Positions 18,790 through 29,110 of a stretch of 64,000 nt of DNA are shown piece after piece; the first letter of the stretch is position 1; every line of letters starts with the position of its first letter. The notes under the pieces were generated by a model. It was not told the DNA's origin and searched no databases. It saw nothing but the letters and a program-made list of their open reading frames with translations. The position numbers and the translations under genes are program-made. The DNA is from Candidatus Latescibacterota bacterium (GTDB lineage Bacteria; Latescibacterota; UBA2968; UBA8231): contig CBDCSU010000006.1 of assembly GCA_965221775.1 (NCBI GenBank), positions 640,001-704,000 on the forward strand. Reading direction: 5' to 3'.

Positions 18790-19574
18790 CAGGCGCGCAG
18801 ACCGGCGACGAGGTCGAAGCTGCGCCGGACGGCGTCGGGCACGTCCGGCAGGTTGGGACTCATCTCCAGGCTGACCGGACCGTCGTAGGCGATCCGCCGC
18901 AAGGTCTCGAAGAAGGCGGCCAGGGAGTCGCGGCTCTGCACCCCGTCGGTCAGGGCCAGGTGCAGGTCGCCGGCGCCGTCGTTGTCGTCGAGGTGGACGT
19001 AGCCGAGGCGAGGGCCCGCCTCCGACAGGACCCCGGCGGGATGCTCGCCCGACATCTGCGCGTGGCCGATGTCGAAGAGCAGGTAGAGGTTGTCGTGGTC
19101 GAGGTCCTCGAGGAAGCGCAGGGTCGCCGCCGCCGTGGGCAGGGCGGTGCCGGGGAAGTGCTCGACGCAGAGACGGGCGCCGGCGGCGCGGGCGTAGTCG
19201 GCGAGGCCGGGCAGGGCCGCCGCGTAGCGCTCGAGGGAGTCGCCGTCCAGCGGCGCGTCGGGCACAACGTAGGCATGAGAGGCGCCGAGGTTGGCGGCCT
19301 GGTCCAGGCCCCCCAGCAGATGCGCCATGGCCGCCTCCACGGGACCGGCCTCCACCGAGTCGAGGGTGGCCCCGGGCGGCATCTCGTGGGAGAGGGCGAT
19401 GCAGCCGACGTCGAGCCCGAGGTTGCGCACCAGGGCCCGGGCCTCGGCGCCGCGCAGGGTGGAGGGCCGCACGTCGATGGAGGCCAGTCCGATCTCGGCC
19501 AGCCGGACCAGCGTCTCGGTCACCGGACCCTCGAAGGCCCAGATACAGCAGGAGATCGGACCGCCCTTGGTCAT
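18789..19574 (-). CDS. Sugar phosphate isomerase/epimerase (xylose-isomerase-like TIM barrel)
   Basis: FDIGHA, VHLDDN, DLHL, SLEM. Confidence 0.85.
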   Translation of the reverse strand: MTKGGPISCCIWAFEGPVTETLVRLAEIGLASIDVRPSTLRGAEARALVRNLGLDVGCIALSHEMPPGATLDSVEAGPVEAAMAHLLGGLDQAANLGASHAYVVPDAPLDGDSLERYAAALPGLADYARAAGARLCVEHFPGTALPTAAATLRFLEDLDHDNLYLLFDIGHAQMSGEHPAGVLSEAGPRLGYVHLDDNDGAGDLHLALTDGVQSRDSLAAFFETLRRIAYDGPVSLEMSPNLPDVPDAVRRSFDLVAGLRA

Positions 19575-19608
19575 CGTCCAGGTGGCGCCGGGGCGGGCCT
19601 CGACCTGG

Positions 19609-20034
19609 CTAGGAGGTGGACTTGGGCGGTGCCGATGGCGCCGCAGCCTCGGGCGGCAGGATGTTCTGGATCACGGGGGGATCGGCGGGAACCAGCCGCA
19701 GAATGGCGATCAGCAAGGCGGTCGTGGCGGACACGGCCACGCATCCTCCGATGACCTTGTTGCGGGTGCTGTTCAGTCTACCCACTTCATCCTTGAGCTC
19801 TCTCATGTCCTTCCTGAGCTGTCCTATGTCCTTCTGAGCCTCCTCGATGCCCTGGAGCCTGACCCATACACCATTCGGACCTTCGAAGAAACCTGCCACC
19901 CTGTCTATCTGGGATCGGATTCTCTCGGTGTCTTCCTGGAGGCGCTCAAGGCGCAGTTCGGTCTCTTGCGGAGACCAGTGCGCGCGCTCGGGGCCCCGGC
20001 CTTCGCCGGAAGCAGGGGATGTTCCTGATTTCAC
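19609..20034 (-). CDS. Hypothetical coiled-coil protein with C-terminal TM helix
   Basis: Heptads followed by a hydrophobic segment; lower GC than flanks. Confidence 0.55.
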   Translation of the reverse strand: MKSGTSPASGEGRGPERAHWSPQETELRLERLQEDTERIRSQIDRVAGFFEGPNGVWVRLQGIEEAQKDIGQLRKDMRELKDEVGRLNSTRNKVIGGCVAVSATTALLIAILRLVPADPPVIQNILPPEAAAPSAPPKSTS

Positions 20035-20110
20035 GAGTATGCCTTTCCCATGTGTTGCCGAATATACGGCCTGGTGAGGGCCCTGCCATCCATGACGGGC
20101 GGCGGATCGC

Positions 20111-20776
20111 TCAGGCCGGCACCGGCCGGTCCAGCCCCCGGTACTGCACCGCCTCGGCCACGTGGGCGGCCTCGATCCCCTCGGCGCCGGCCAGGTCGGC
20201 GATGGTGCGCGCCACCTTGAGGATGCGGTCGTGGGCCCGCGCCGACAGGCCGAGGCGTTCCAGGGCGGCGCGCAGGAGACCGGCCGCCTCCTTGGGCAGG
20301 GGCCGGCAGTAGCGGCGCACGTGGCGGGCGTCCATGTGGGCGTTGCAGAACACGCCGCTCTCCCCGCCGAATCGCTCCTGCTGGACCTGCCGCGCCGCCT
20401 CGACGCGGCTCCGCACCTGCGCCGAGGGCTCGCCCGGCGGCCCCTCGGCGAGGTCGTCGAAGCCGACGGCGGGCACCTCCACGTGCAGGTCGATGCGGTC
20501 GAGCAGCGGCCCCGACAGCCGCGTGCGGTAGCGCTCCACGGCGCGGGGCGGACACAGGCAGTCCTGGCGCGGGTGGCCGAGGTAGCCGCAGGGGCAGGGG
20601 TTCATGGAGGCCACCAGCATGAACCGCGCCGGGAAGGTCAGGGTGGCGGCGGCGCGGCCGATGGTGACCCGGCACTCCTCCATGGGCTGGCGCAACGCCT
20701 CCACCGCCCGCCGCTGGAACTCCGGCAGCTCGTCTAGGAAGAGCACCCCGTGGTGGGAGAGGGAGACCTCCCCCGG
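20111..20776 (-). pseudogene. comM: comM/yifB 3' fragment
   Basis: [58 protein letters not shown]; homology stops at PGE. Confidence 0.93.
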
Positions 20777-20825
20777 GCACCCACAGCGCGTCCGGGCCTC
20801 CGAGGGAGCGAGCCCAACCCGAAGC

Positions 20826-21683
20826 CTATGTATCTCGTACGATCACCGCGCCTGCGATCCCAGGGAATTCAGACCCGAAGTCGATGCTCGCTTGGGGCCG
20901 CGAACTCCGCGCTTGATGAATCCGTTCAGCCTCCTCGAACAGTTTGGGGAGACCTCTGCTCGGCACAAAAGGGGGTACTAAGCCGGGTCCAAGATCACCC
21001 CGACCCGCACCCTCAAACAATGCCGATAGCCCGGAGGCCGCTGCTCCGGCCGAACCCATCGCGTCCTGCCGACCGGTACCCCGCGAACAAAGCAGACAAT
21101 GAAGAGGACGGGAGTGGTATCGATGCCGATCATAGGTCTTGTTCGGCTTGGCATTGCGCACCTCGATGGCTGAGGCGATAGCCACACCCCAGCTCTCTGG
21201 CCAAGGCTGTCCGAGCAAAGCAAGCGTCGGACAGGAACCTCGGGGCACTCGGCCGGGGTCGTCTAAGTGGTTGTAGAACGCATAGACCGGCGGCAGTTTG
21301 AAGCGCTTGGCGGTCGCAATGAGCCGATTCAGTTGGAGAATTGAAGGCCCTCCACCCCGTAGTCGGGCTTGGCGGAAGAGTTCCTTGTACTCTCGGTCCC
21401 CATCGTCCAAGCGCTTCGCCTGGACGAGCATGCCTTGGCAAGAATGCCCGTCCGGGCCTATGAAACCCCACGCCCAATCGGCCCCGGTCTCCGCTTCTAC
21501 TGGATGGGTGAAGGGGACGATCGTGACCTTGCCCGGAAACCGGGCAGCAAGATCAAGAAGAAGGGTCTCAGTCGCGGTTTCCTCGCTGAAGCTCAACCCG
21601 GAACACTTGGCAGCCCCGCGTTGATGCCAAGTGTTCACCGAAAGGCGCAGCAGACAGCGTTGTTGCGGCGTGAAAGGGTGCAT
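20826..21683 (-). CDS. PD-(D/E)XK-like protein (DUF6615-like)
   Basis: EETATE, E..TGADW, LVQAKRL, P.YAFYN. Confidence 0.65.
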   Translation of the reverse strand: MHPFTPQQRCLLRLSVNTWHQRGAAKCSGLSFSEETATETLLLDLAARFPGKVTIVPFTHPVEAETGADWAWGFIGPDGHSCQGMLVQAKRLDDGDREYKELFRQARLRGGGPSILQLNRLIATAKRFKLPPVYAFYNHLDDPGRVPRGSCPTLALLGQPWPESWGVAIASAIEVRNAKPNKTYDRHRYHSRPLHCLLCSRGTGRQDAMGSAGAAASGLSALFEGAGRGDLGPGLVPPFVPSRGLPKLFEEAERIHQARSSRPQASIDFGSEFPGIAGAVIVRDT

Positions 21684-21830
21684 TGGCTTCTACCCAGTGA
21701 CTCTTCCGCTGTCCCTTCGAGGAGGAGCACCCCGTGCTGGTCGACCGAAACCTCACGCAGCCGTGGAGCCGCTCCCCTCGGATGAGACCGGCGACGCTGG
21801 ATCATGCTGGAGAGGACAGGCTGCCCGCCT

Positions 21831-22118
21831 CTATGGTTCGGCAGACACACTCTTCGAGCACGCCCTGAGCAGCATGGGGAGCCTGCCCAAGGCTCTCTTC
21901 TTCCCCTCCTTCACCAGGGTCCTTCTCGGCCACCGCTTGAATTGCCTCACCTGCCGAAGGAACTCACTCTGGTCCAGACCTTCAATGTTCCGTGCTACGT
22001 AGGTAACGAGTACGGCAACGGCGTGCTCGTTAGCCCTGGTGACTCCGATTAGGTCCTCGACTTCTCGCTCAAGCTCGCGGACACGGTGCTCAAGCTCGCG
22101 GAGTCGGTCCTCGTGCAT
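21831..22118 (-). CDS. Hypothetical small coiled-coil protein
   Basis: AGGAGG SD before ATG. Confidence 0.45.
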   Translation of the reverse strand: MHEDRLRELEHRVRELEREVEDLIGVTRANEHAVAVLVTYVARNIEGLDQSEFLRQVRQFKRWPRRTLVKEGKKRALGRLPMLLRACSKSVSAEP

Positions 22119-22331
22119 CAGTCCCCTCCTTCTGAAAGGAACCTGCCGGTGCCGGCAGCGGCACCCGTCCAGTCAGCCTGCTGCCCAGCCCTCCGGTCTA
22201 CTCTGCAGCGATTCACACGCCAGCTCGCCCAGGACATTGCGGCTTACCGCCGATGGAATACAACGCCGAAACTCTCCGGAAGACCCCGGCAGGGCGCGCG
22301 TCCAATGCCTTAACGCCCCACTGAAGCTCCC

Positions 22332-23939
22332 CTACCCTCCCGCCAAACCACCCCCCACCCGAATATCAATTGCCCGTGGACCTCGTCTATTGAAAGCAAG
22401 GGAGCATCGAGCTCTAGCGGCCCGCTCCAACCCGTTCCACTCCATAGGGTCGCTGTCAGCGCGAGAGGCAAACACATCCTTCGGAAATCCAGTAACTCTC
22501 ACAAATGCGTAACCCTCCTCCTTTCGCTGGATCTGACACTCGTACCGGACTAAACTCCCACCACGTTCTACAGCCCCTCCCTTTCCGGATCTAAACCGCC
22601 CCGGCGCCCGCTCATTGAGAGTAGAAAAAAGGCGACGGGCTTCGTCATACTCGCCCTGCAAATGGAGTTCCCGAGCAAACCAGAACTGGGCTTCATGGTT
22701 GTTGTCCCCCTCCGTAAAGCCCCGCCTAAGGTGGTCCAATGCTCCCGTACTATCGTCCAATCTGATTAGAATTTGGCCTAGTAGGAGATGCGCTGACTTA
22801 CTAGATGGATTGTCTCGGAGACACAACTCCAGTACTTCCTTGCTCCTCCCCAAATCCCCCATATCTTCGTACTTACGTGCCAAACGAACAGCCAGCCAGT
22901 CCTGCCTAGGGTTCAATCTGAACGCACGTTCCAGAGCCTCTAGCGCTTGGACAGTCTGATCGAGGCACTCTCGAAATGTCGCCTCTACGCTTAGCAGCTC
23001 GGAGCTCTCCGGGTACATTTGTAGGCCACGTTGAATAACCATCTCAGTCTCCCTAACAGCTTGAACGAAGGCCGCAGGAGGAGGCTCTCCTTTCGCTAGG
23101 TCAAGGGACCTTGCGACATCCCTGAATTCATCAATGGCGAGAAGTCCTCGCGTATACAGATCGTACTCGCTAAGTCGAAGATTACTTCCTCCAAGCTTCT
23201 CCCGGGTCGTGCGTCTCAGCGAGCGCCTCATGAGCGGATCGTCCGAGTCATTCGCCAACCGTCGCGCGATCTCCGCCTGAGTATGTTGAATGCTATGACT
23301 GCTAGGACTCAACTCAAACGCGCGTGCCGCCGCAGCTTCGGCCCGATCGAGCGCGCCACTACGGTGGCGCAACTCAAAGACCGCTCGTTGATGAAGGACG
23401 AAGGATTCGCCGGGGACTGTCCTCTCTACATGATCGTAGAATAGCCGTCCGAGGTCGATGTTCGAAAACATCTCCGCAATGCCTCTCCCCTTGATCAAAC
23501 GCGACAGCGTCTCCCGGTCTGAGGAGTAGTCAACATTCATGGCTTCGAGCAGTCTCACGAGTAGATCGAACTTATCCTCGCTCGCCGACAGCACTCGATT
23601 GAACAGAATCTCAGCAACATGTTGGTGACGACTACGGTAGTATACATCTCGGTTGTGGCCATCGTGGACGACATGAACAATTTTCTCAAGCGGCTCAAGG
23701 AACTCAGCTTGAAATCGTTCGAATCTAATGCCGGAGGCGCGTGATATGAGCCCTGCCCGAACAGGCGCCCCGAACTGGTGGAAGGCACAGATGTCGAGAT
23801 AGAGATTGCGGGCAACCTCCGGCTCTATCCTACGATACTCATCTACAATGATATCTTCGAAGGGAACTCCGAGTGTAGCCTCGTGAAGGGCTACAAGGAG
23901 TTGACGCTCTGCAGATTCCACGAATCGAGCCACACGCAA
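22332..23939 (-). pseudogene. 5'-truncated STAND-type defence protein (winged helix, TPR, C-terminal cold-shock/OB-like domain)
   Basis: Begins at RQLLVALHEAT..F..II.DEY; SRH..AE; TPR helices; GYAFV..DVF..FNRRGPRA; no P-loop present. Confidence 0.6.
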
Positions 23940-24096
23940 GCGTCTCAGTGGGCGGCCTCCTAGTTGAGTGGGTTTCGATTCGAGCGCGGAAGGATATATG
24001 TACGTCAGGTAGGTCGCAAGTCTCAGAGAGGATCTCCTCTCGGCTCTCGCTGACTGAACCGCAGATTCGGAGGAAGTCTACCCCAGATCTCCAAAT

Positions 24097-24111
24097 AACC
24101 GATTTTGGGTT
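24097..24111. promoter_or_regulatory. Candidate controller box upstream of C-R
   Basis: AACCGATTTTGGGTT, 13/15 identical to 25932-25946. Confidence 0.55.
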
Positions 24112-24161
24112 TGTCAGGGCTCGAAGATAGACTTCTCCGTGCCTCCTTGAGAGCAGGAGCC

Positions 24162-24413
24162 ATGGAAGTGCCCAAGTCTGTCTTCACAGTCGAGTATGAC
24201 CGGTTTCGCCAGATGCTGATTCAGGCGCGGAAGCAGTCCGGCCTGACTCAGATGGACGTTGCAAGTAGGCTTGGAAAGCCTCAATCCTTCGTTTCAAAAT
24301 ACGAGCGCGGTGAGCGTCGCCTGGACGTTGTAGAGTTCCTTGAAGTTTCCCGGGCTATAGGGGTGGAGCCAGGGACAATAATAGATCGGCTGTCGAGCGA
24401 GCTGGGATCGTGA
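24162..24413 (+). CDS. XRE HTH controller (C) protein
   Basis: GLTQ.DVA.RLGKPQSFVSKYERGERRLDVVEF; GTGA overlap with the endonuclease. Confidence 0.85.
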   Translation: MEVPKSVFTVEYDRFRQMLIQARKQSGLTQMDVASRLGKPQSFVSKYERGERRLDVVEFLEVSRAIGVEPGTIIDRLSSELGS

Positions 24414-25018
24414 AGATCGTTCATGTCGAAAGCCTGATCTCCGCGGGAGCCTTTGCCGAATCAATGGAGTGGCGTGAGATAAGGCAGAAACTACATGCTG
24501 CCATTCGCGCCGTGGTGTGGCCGCCGGGAAACGACAGGTTCACTATCTATCCCGAATCCGGAAGGCAGCGAAGGGCTGGCAATGGCGTCACTCCCATCAA
24601 GGACGGCCTGATGTCCCAATTGAAGAAGGAGGGATGGGAGCTTGAGAAGCGCATGGACATTGCAACCCTACGGAGACCCGGTAGACTGGACGCTGTGCTT
24701 GAGGCAGAGGGAGGCCCTTTTGCACTTGAGTGGGAGACCGGCAACATCTCTTCAAGTCATCGGGCGCTAAACAAGATGGCACTCGGCCTCCTGAAGCGTC
24801 TACTGATCGGGGGGACGTTGGTGGTACCTTCACGCACTTTCTACAAGTTCCTGACGGATAGAATCGGTAATTTCGCTGAGCTAGAACCGTACCTTGATCT
24901 ATGGAAAGCGATCCCATGCGCTGAGGGCGTGCTCGAGATTGTGGTCGTGGAGCATGACGGAACAAGCACCGATGTTCGTCGAATCCCCAAGAGCACTTCA
25001 GGCAGGGCCCTTCAGTAG
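24410..25018 (+). CDS. BamHI-family type II restriction endonuclease
   Basis: NGV.PIK, ALEWETGNISSSHRALNKM, LTDRIGNF.EL.PY. Confidence 0.9.
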   Translation: MKIVHVESLISAGAFAESMEWREIRQKLHAAIRAVVWPPGNDRFTIYPESGRQRRAGNGVTPIKDGLMSQLKKEGWELEKRMDIATLRRPGRLDAVLEAEGGPFALEWETGNISSSHRALNKMALGLLKRLLIGGTLVVPSRTFYKFLTDRIGNFAELEPYLDLWKAIPCAEGVLEIVVVEHDGTSTDVRRIPKSTSGRALQ

Positions 25019-25022
25019 AGGG

Positions 25023-25904
25023 CTATGCGTCGACGAAATCGGTCGATGGATGCGCCTTGATCTCACCCGATTCTAGCCGTTCCACGATCTGCGGGGAGAA
25101 GTCGATCTCAATCCCGATCCATCGTCGCTTCTTGGATTCACAGACGGCGAACGTGGTCCCACTTCCCCCGAAGGGATCTAGTACCGTGTCACCCGGAACC
25201 GTCGATAGCTCGACGACCCTCTCTAGGATCTTGGTAGAGAGAGCATTTGCCCTGCGGTTCTTCGACTTGAACTTCCAGTGCCTGACGGGAGGAATGTCCG
25301 TCCAAACATCCTTCAGTGTCACGCCGTTGGGATTCATGGCAGACCGATGCCCGCCATAGTCTTTGATCTCGCCCCCGCAATGCCGACACGTCTCTATCGG
25401 CGTTCGAATCCTGCGGAAGGTGCTCGGCTTTCCCTTCGAGTAGTAAATCAGGCTATAGTGGGTTGGATGAAGCCGGCCGGGGATTGGCAGGCAGGCACTG
25501 ATAGCTACAGCAATCCAATGTCGAAACTGTAGTCCCTGCCCATGGAGGTAGGTTCCAAGAAGTACATTCCACTTCGGTAAGTTATACAGGAAGAGAGATC
25601 CCCCAGGTTTAAGGACCCTGACGCATTCCTCGATCCACTTCTCGCACCAAGCCAAGTACTCTTCGTCAGGAACCGAATCGTTTGTCTGCTTCCCGTAGTC
25701 CTTGCCGAGGTTAAACGGGGGGTCTGCGAAGACCGTATCCACTGTCTCATCCTTGATGAAGGGCAAGACCTCCAAGCAATCGCCCGAGAAGAGACAACCA
25801 AGATCGGATACGTAGAAGGGGGCCGAAGCCCCCTTTCTCCGGTGGTGGAGGTAGCCACGCCAAGGGAATCCTGATCTGTGGAACTGGAGGGTATTCTGTG
25901 TCAT
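25023..25904 (-). CDS. Beta-class N4/N6 DNA methyltransferase (M.BamHI-like)
   Basis: FADPPFN precedes VLDPFGGSGTT. Confidence 0.92.
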   Translation of the reverse strand: MTQNTLQFHRSGFPWRGYLHHRRKGASAPFYVSDLGCLFSGDCLEVLPFIKDETVDTVFADPPFNLGKDYGKQTNDSVPDEEYLAWCEKWIEECVRVLKPGGSLFLYNLPKWNVLLGTYLHGQGLQFRHWIAVAISACLPIPGRLHPTHYSLIYYSKGKPSTFRRIRTPIETCRHCGGEIKDYGGHRSAMNPNGVTLKDVWTDIPPVRHWKFKSKNRRANALSTKILERVVELSTVPGDTVLDPFGGSGTTFAVCESKKRRWIGIEIDFSPQIVERLESGEIKAHPSTDFVDA

Positions 25905-25931
25905 TAGCTCTCCCTATGACAGGGTAAGTAG

Positions 25932-25946
25932 AACCCATTGTGGGTT
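25932..25946. promoter_or_regulatory. Candidate controller box within the methyltransferase promoter
   Basis: Palindrome AACCCA-TTG-TGGGTT just downstream of a minus-strand TTGACG (25955-25950). Confidence 0.55.
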
Positions 25947-26935
25947 TTTCGTCAAGCCGCCTCACAAGGCGGCTAGGGGCACATCAGGTCGGCAGGGATC
26001 AATGTAGGTGCCCAGACGTGCAGGCACAAGGCAAACCGCAGTCTTGTGGACCACGACTGAGGAAGAGCCATGAAGTGACAGGAGCTGTGCCTCACCCCAG
26101 TGTCTCCCCTAATTGATTTACTTTCAACAAGTTATAGCCCTGGCCCAGCGGAGGGGGAGGGGGGCCGGAAGGTTGAGAGACTCCAAGCCTCGTGCCGGGA
26201 GGTGACCCCGGGGAGGCCCAGCATCGTGTATGCATGTGGGCCACGGATGCGGCGCCACGCGCACGCGCGCCGAGTGAGCCCGTGGCGGGAAGGCTCGACC
26301 TCACGCTCGCTCTCCTCCTCAATGTGCCGCAAACTCGCCGACGCAGAAGACGGCCTTCGTTTGCAGGTTTGCAGCGCCCAGCAAGAGCCCCCGAGATGGG
26401 CCGGGGCCTGAGCAGCCGGGTTACCTGAACCGCTCGATCGTCTCCAGTTTCCGCCGCCTCGACCTTGCACCGCACGAGACAGTATGTGGCCTTGTCGCCC
26501 AATCGCCGGTTTACGTTTATTGGGCACGGTCGCAAGCATGATCAGTGAGCCCACAGCGTTCATCGACGCAGGACGGTGATTGGTACATCGCTTGCTGCCC
26601 CAAGATCCCGTGAGCACAAACAACCCTTGACTCGGACGATCTGGCGGCCCGTGGGAACCGGACGTCGGGAGTGGCCTTGGGTCCAGGTGCCGCGTGGCGG
26701 CCCGAAGGGCAGGAGGTCGTGGAGGAACAGGGGCAGTTCTGTGAGCCCCGGAGCCAGACCCTATGACGGCTGTCGCCGGCCAGCGGTCCTCCCGGCAGGC
26801 CCACCGCCCCCGGGGCCCCGTCGTAAGTCGTTTCGGGTCAGAAGTGCTGCAGAAGGCGAAGGCCACCTCAGCCCCAACTGGGGCTGCCGACACATTGGCG
26901 AGGAACCTCAGATTTGATCACCCGGGAGATCATCA

Positions 26936-28135
26936 GTGAATACTGAACAGAGAGCCAACGCAATGAGTGACGGCCTAGATGATGATGACGCCATTCAACG
27001 CCTTCAGGTAAGGAAGTGGGAGACCCTAAGCTCGGTCAATAAGGAGAGCTTCAAATCCCTGCTGGGCGACCCAGAGGCGGCCCGGAAATTCGATGAAGCC
27101 TACATTACATCTGTAGCGGAGAGATGGCGAGAGCTGACGAAGTTCTCTCATAGACTGTTCTTTGTAATCCTCCCCTCAGTCCTGATCATTGCTGCCCTCA
27201 ATTCTGACTTCATCAAGGACGAAATTGTATTCCTCGGATTGAAGATTACCAGAAGTAACGGTGCAATAGAAGTCCTCCTTCTGCTCGCCTCTCTACTCGT
27301 TGTGGTTCGATCCGTGACTATGCTGATGGAGGACCACTATGGTTCAATCGTCCGGTCATATGTTGAGATCAATTCAGATCCCCAGAGCCAAGACTACTGT
27401 CTGCTTAAGTTCGGCTGGACTGTGGATGCTTACTTTCACGGGATGGCCAACCAGAAGAAACACTTGACCGCCCCATTCGTTGTTCTTTTTCCCGTGTTTG
27501 GGATGGCTCTTAGCCTCATAGTGATCGGAGCGATTGCTACTGCTCTGGAATTCTTCATTCTCCTTGATGCGGCAATCTCTGTTTTCCGCGATCCTATTTT
27601 TCCGCCGATTGTCAGTGTGCCCATAGCCATAGTAGCTTTCTTTGCCCTCGTTTGCCGTGCCTCCCTTTTGCTCTTGGCCTTGCCTCTTCCTTACTCTGAC
27701 TCTTCCAACCTGTACAAACTGAAGGATCTTGAGGAAAGTGATCCCGCTAGAGCCGAGAGAGTCAAGAGGCATCTGGCTGACACAAGTTCAAGGAATGAGC
27801 GCCGCAACATGCAGATTCTTCAGATGGTTGCCATGCTTGGTACAATGGTTCTATCCTATTTGGTAGCCGTTGGGACTGGATTCTATGCGGAATTGCCAAT
27901 TCTCATTGATTTTGCTCTCGCGTCTGGTAGCTTTCTGCTCGTTGTCTCGCCACTCTTTGGACGGCTGGAGAAGAAGGCCACCTACGCAGCTATCGAAGTG
28001 GAGGACTCAGACTTACGCCTTTCTCGTTACATCAGGGTCAAGAAGTGGGCGCTATGGCTGCGTCTTATCTTCTCAGCCCTATTCGGAGCAGTGTCCTTTC
28101 TGTGGCTACACCTTGAACCCCTGGCGAATCTCTGA
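26936..28135 (+). CDS. Hypothetical multi-pass membrane protein
   Basis: About seven hydrophobic helices; clearly AT-richer than the host genes. Confidence 0.75.
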   Translation: MNTEQRANAMSDGLDDDDAIQRLQVRKWETLSSVNKESFKSLLGDPEAARKFDEAYITSVAERWRELTKFSHRLFFVILPSVLIIAALNSDFIKDEIVFLGLKITRSNGAIEVLLLLASLLVVVRSVTMLMEDHYGSIVRSYVEINSDPQSQDYCLLKFGWTVDAYFHGMANQKKHLTAPFVVLFPVFGMALSLIVIGAIATALEFFILLDAAISVFRDPIFPPIVSVPIAIVAFFALVCRASLLLLALPLPYSDSSNLYKLKDLEESDPARAERVKRHLADTSSRNERRNMQILQMVAMLGTMVLSYLVAVGTGFYAELPILIDFALASGSFLLVVSPLFGRLEKKATYAAIEVEDSDLRLSRYIRVKKWALWLRLIFSALFGAVSFLWLHLEPLANL

Positions 28136-28477
28136 CTCTCCCTTCCCACAAGGAGGGCTTACCCCTATGACAGAGTGATTAGAGTCGGCGCAACTCTTCG
28201 TCTGCGGGTAACCGGACAGGAGCCTCCTCGTATCACTATCCGTAGTAGTGCAGGCACCAAATGCCAAAGTCCCCGTGAGTGTCGAGGATGCTTCTGAGGC
28301 ACACCGGGCTCCTCGGAAGGAGAAGGCGCTGTACAAGTTGGGGCGCTTCTGAGGCCTACAACTGCCGTAGCGGCTCCTGCGAATGGACGGCGGAATAGAA
28401 AGAGGGTTTTGGGCAAGCTTAAGTAGTCTCGCAAGACTCGAAGGACCTTACCACATAACCCGGAAGGAGATTTTCTG

Positions 28478-28663
28478 ATGGCGGCAGGCCAAGATACTAC
28501 TTGGGCGCTTGTTCGTATGGGTGAGGATGATGATGGGCCCTACTTCACCGTCATAGAAGTCAGGATAGATGCTCCGAAGGTACTCCAGGAGTGTACAGGT
28601 GAACGCCTTGGGAAGGATGATCCCAGGGTAAAGGAGATCTTTAACGCCTTGTGGATGAGTTAA
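28478..28663 (+). CDS. Hypothetical 61-aa protein or gene remnant
   Basis: AAGGAG SD 8 nt before ATG. Confidence 0.4.
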   Translation: MAAGQDTTWALVRMGEDDDGPYFTVIEVRIDAPKVLQECTGERLGKDDPRVKEIFNALWMS

Positions 28664-28713
28664 TCTGTAAAGGCCTTCAACAGCTTTTCCCAAACAGAGG
28701 GGACGGTATCCCC

Positions 28714-29040
28714 CTACGGGTGCAGGAGGGCGAAGTCCTCCAGGGTGTCGGCCTTCACCTGCTCGGAGGCGACCAGCACCCCGGCGGCGATGGCCAGGTC
28801 GAAGGCCGAGCCCTCCTTGCGCAGGTCCGCCGGCGCCAGGTCCACCGTGACCCGCCGCCGCGGCCACTGGAACCCGGCGTTGCGCACCGCCGCCATGAGC
28901 CGCTCGCGGCTCTCGCGCACGGCCGAGTCCGGCAGCCCCACGAGGGTGAAGGAGGGCAGCTTGCGGTCGGTGTCGACCTCGACGTGGACGAGGCGGGCGT
29001 CGACGCCGACGGTGGCGGCGGAGAGGACGGTGGCGGTCAC
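28714..29040 (-). pseudogene. comM: comM/yifB 5' fragment
   Basis: [44 protein letters not shown]; breaks off just before the expected GEL motif. Confidence 0.93.
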
Positions 29041-29110
29041 GGGGGCGGAGGACTGCAAGCCCCGTGCCCGGGGCGATCCGGGGAGAGATCCGGCGCGGCC
29101 CCGCGGCGGG

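Larger units (their letters stand above)
20777..28723. mobile_element. Lower-GC defence island replacing the centre of comM; no integrase seen
   Basis: Flanked by two same-strand comM fragments; sharp compositional shift; RM and nuclease cargo. Confidence 0.8.

Noticed and set aside
20777-28723. Intact Tn7/CAST element or prophage in comM
   Set aside because: No tns/tni, cas, integrase or phage genes; no TGT..ACA ends or 5-bp duplication seen.
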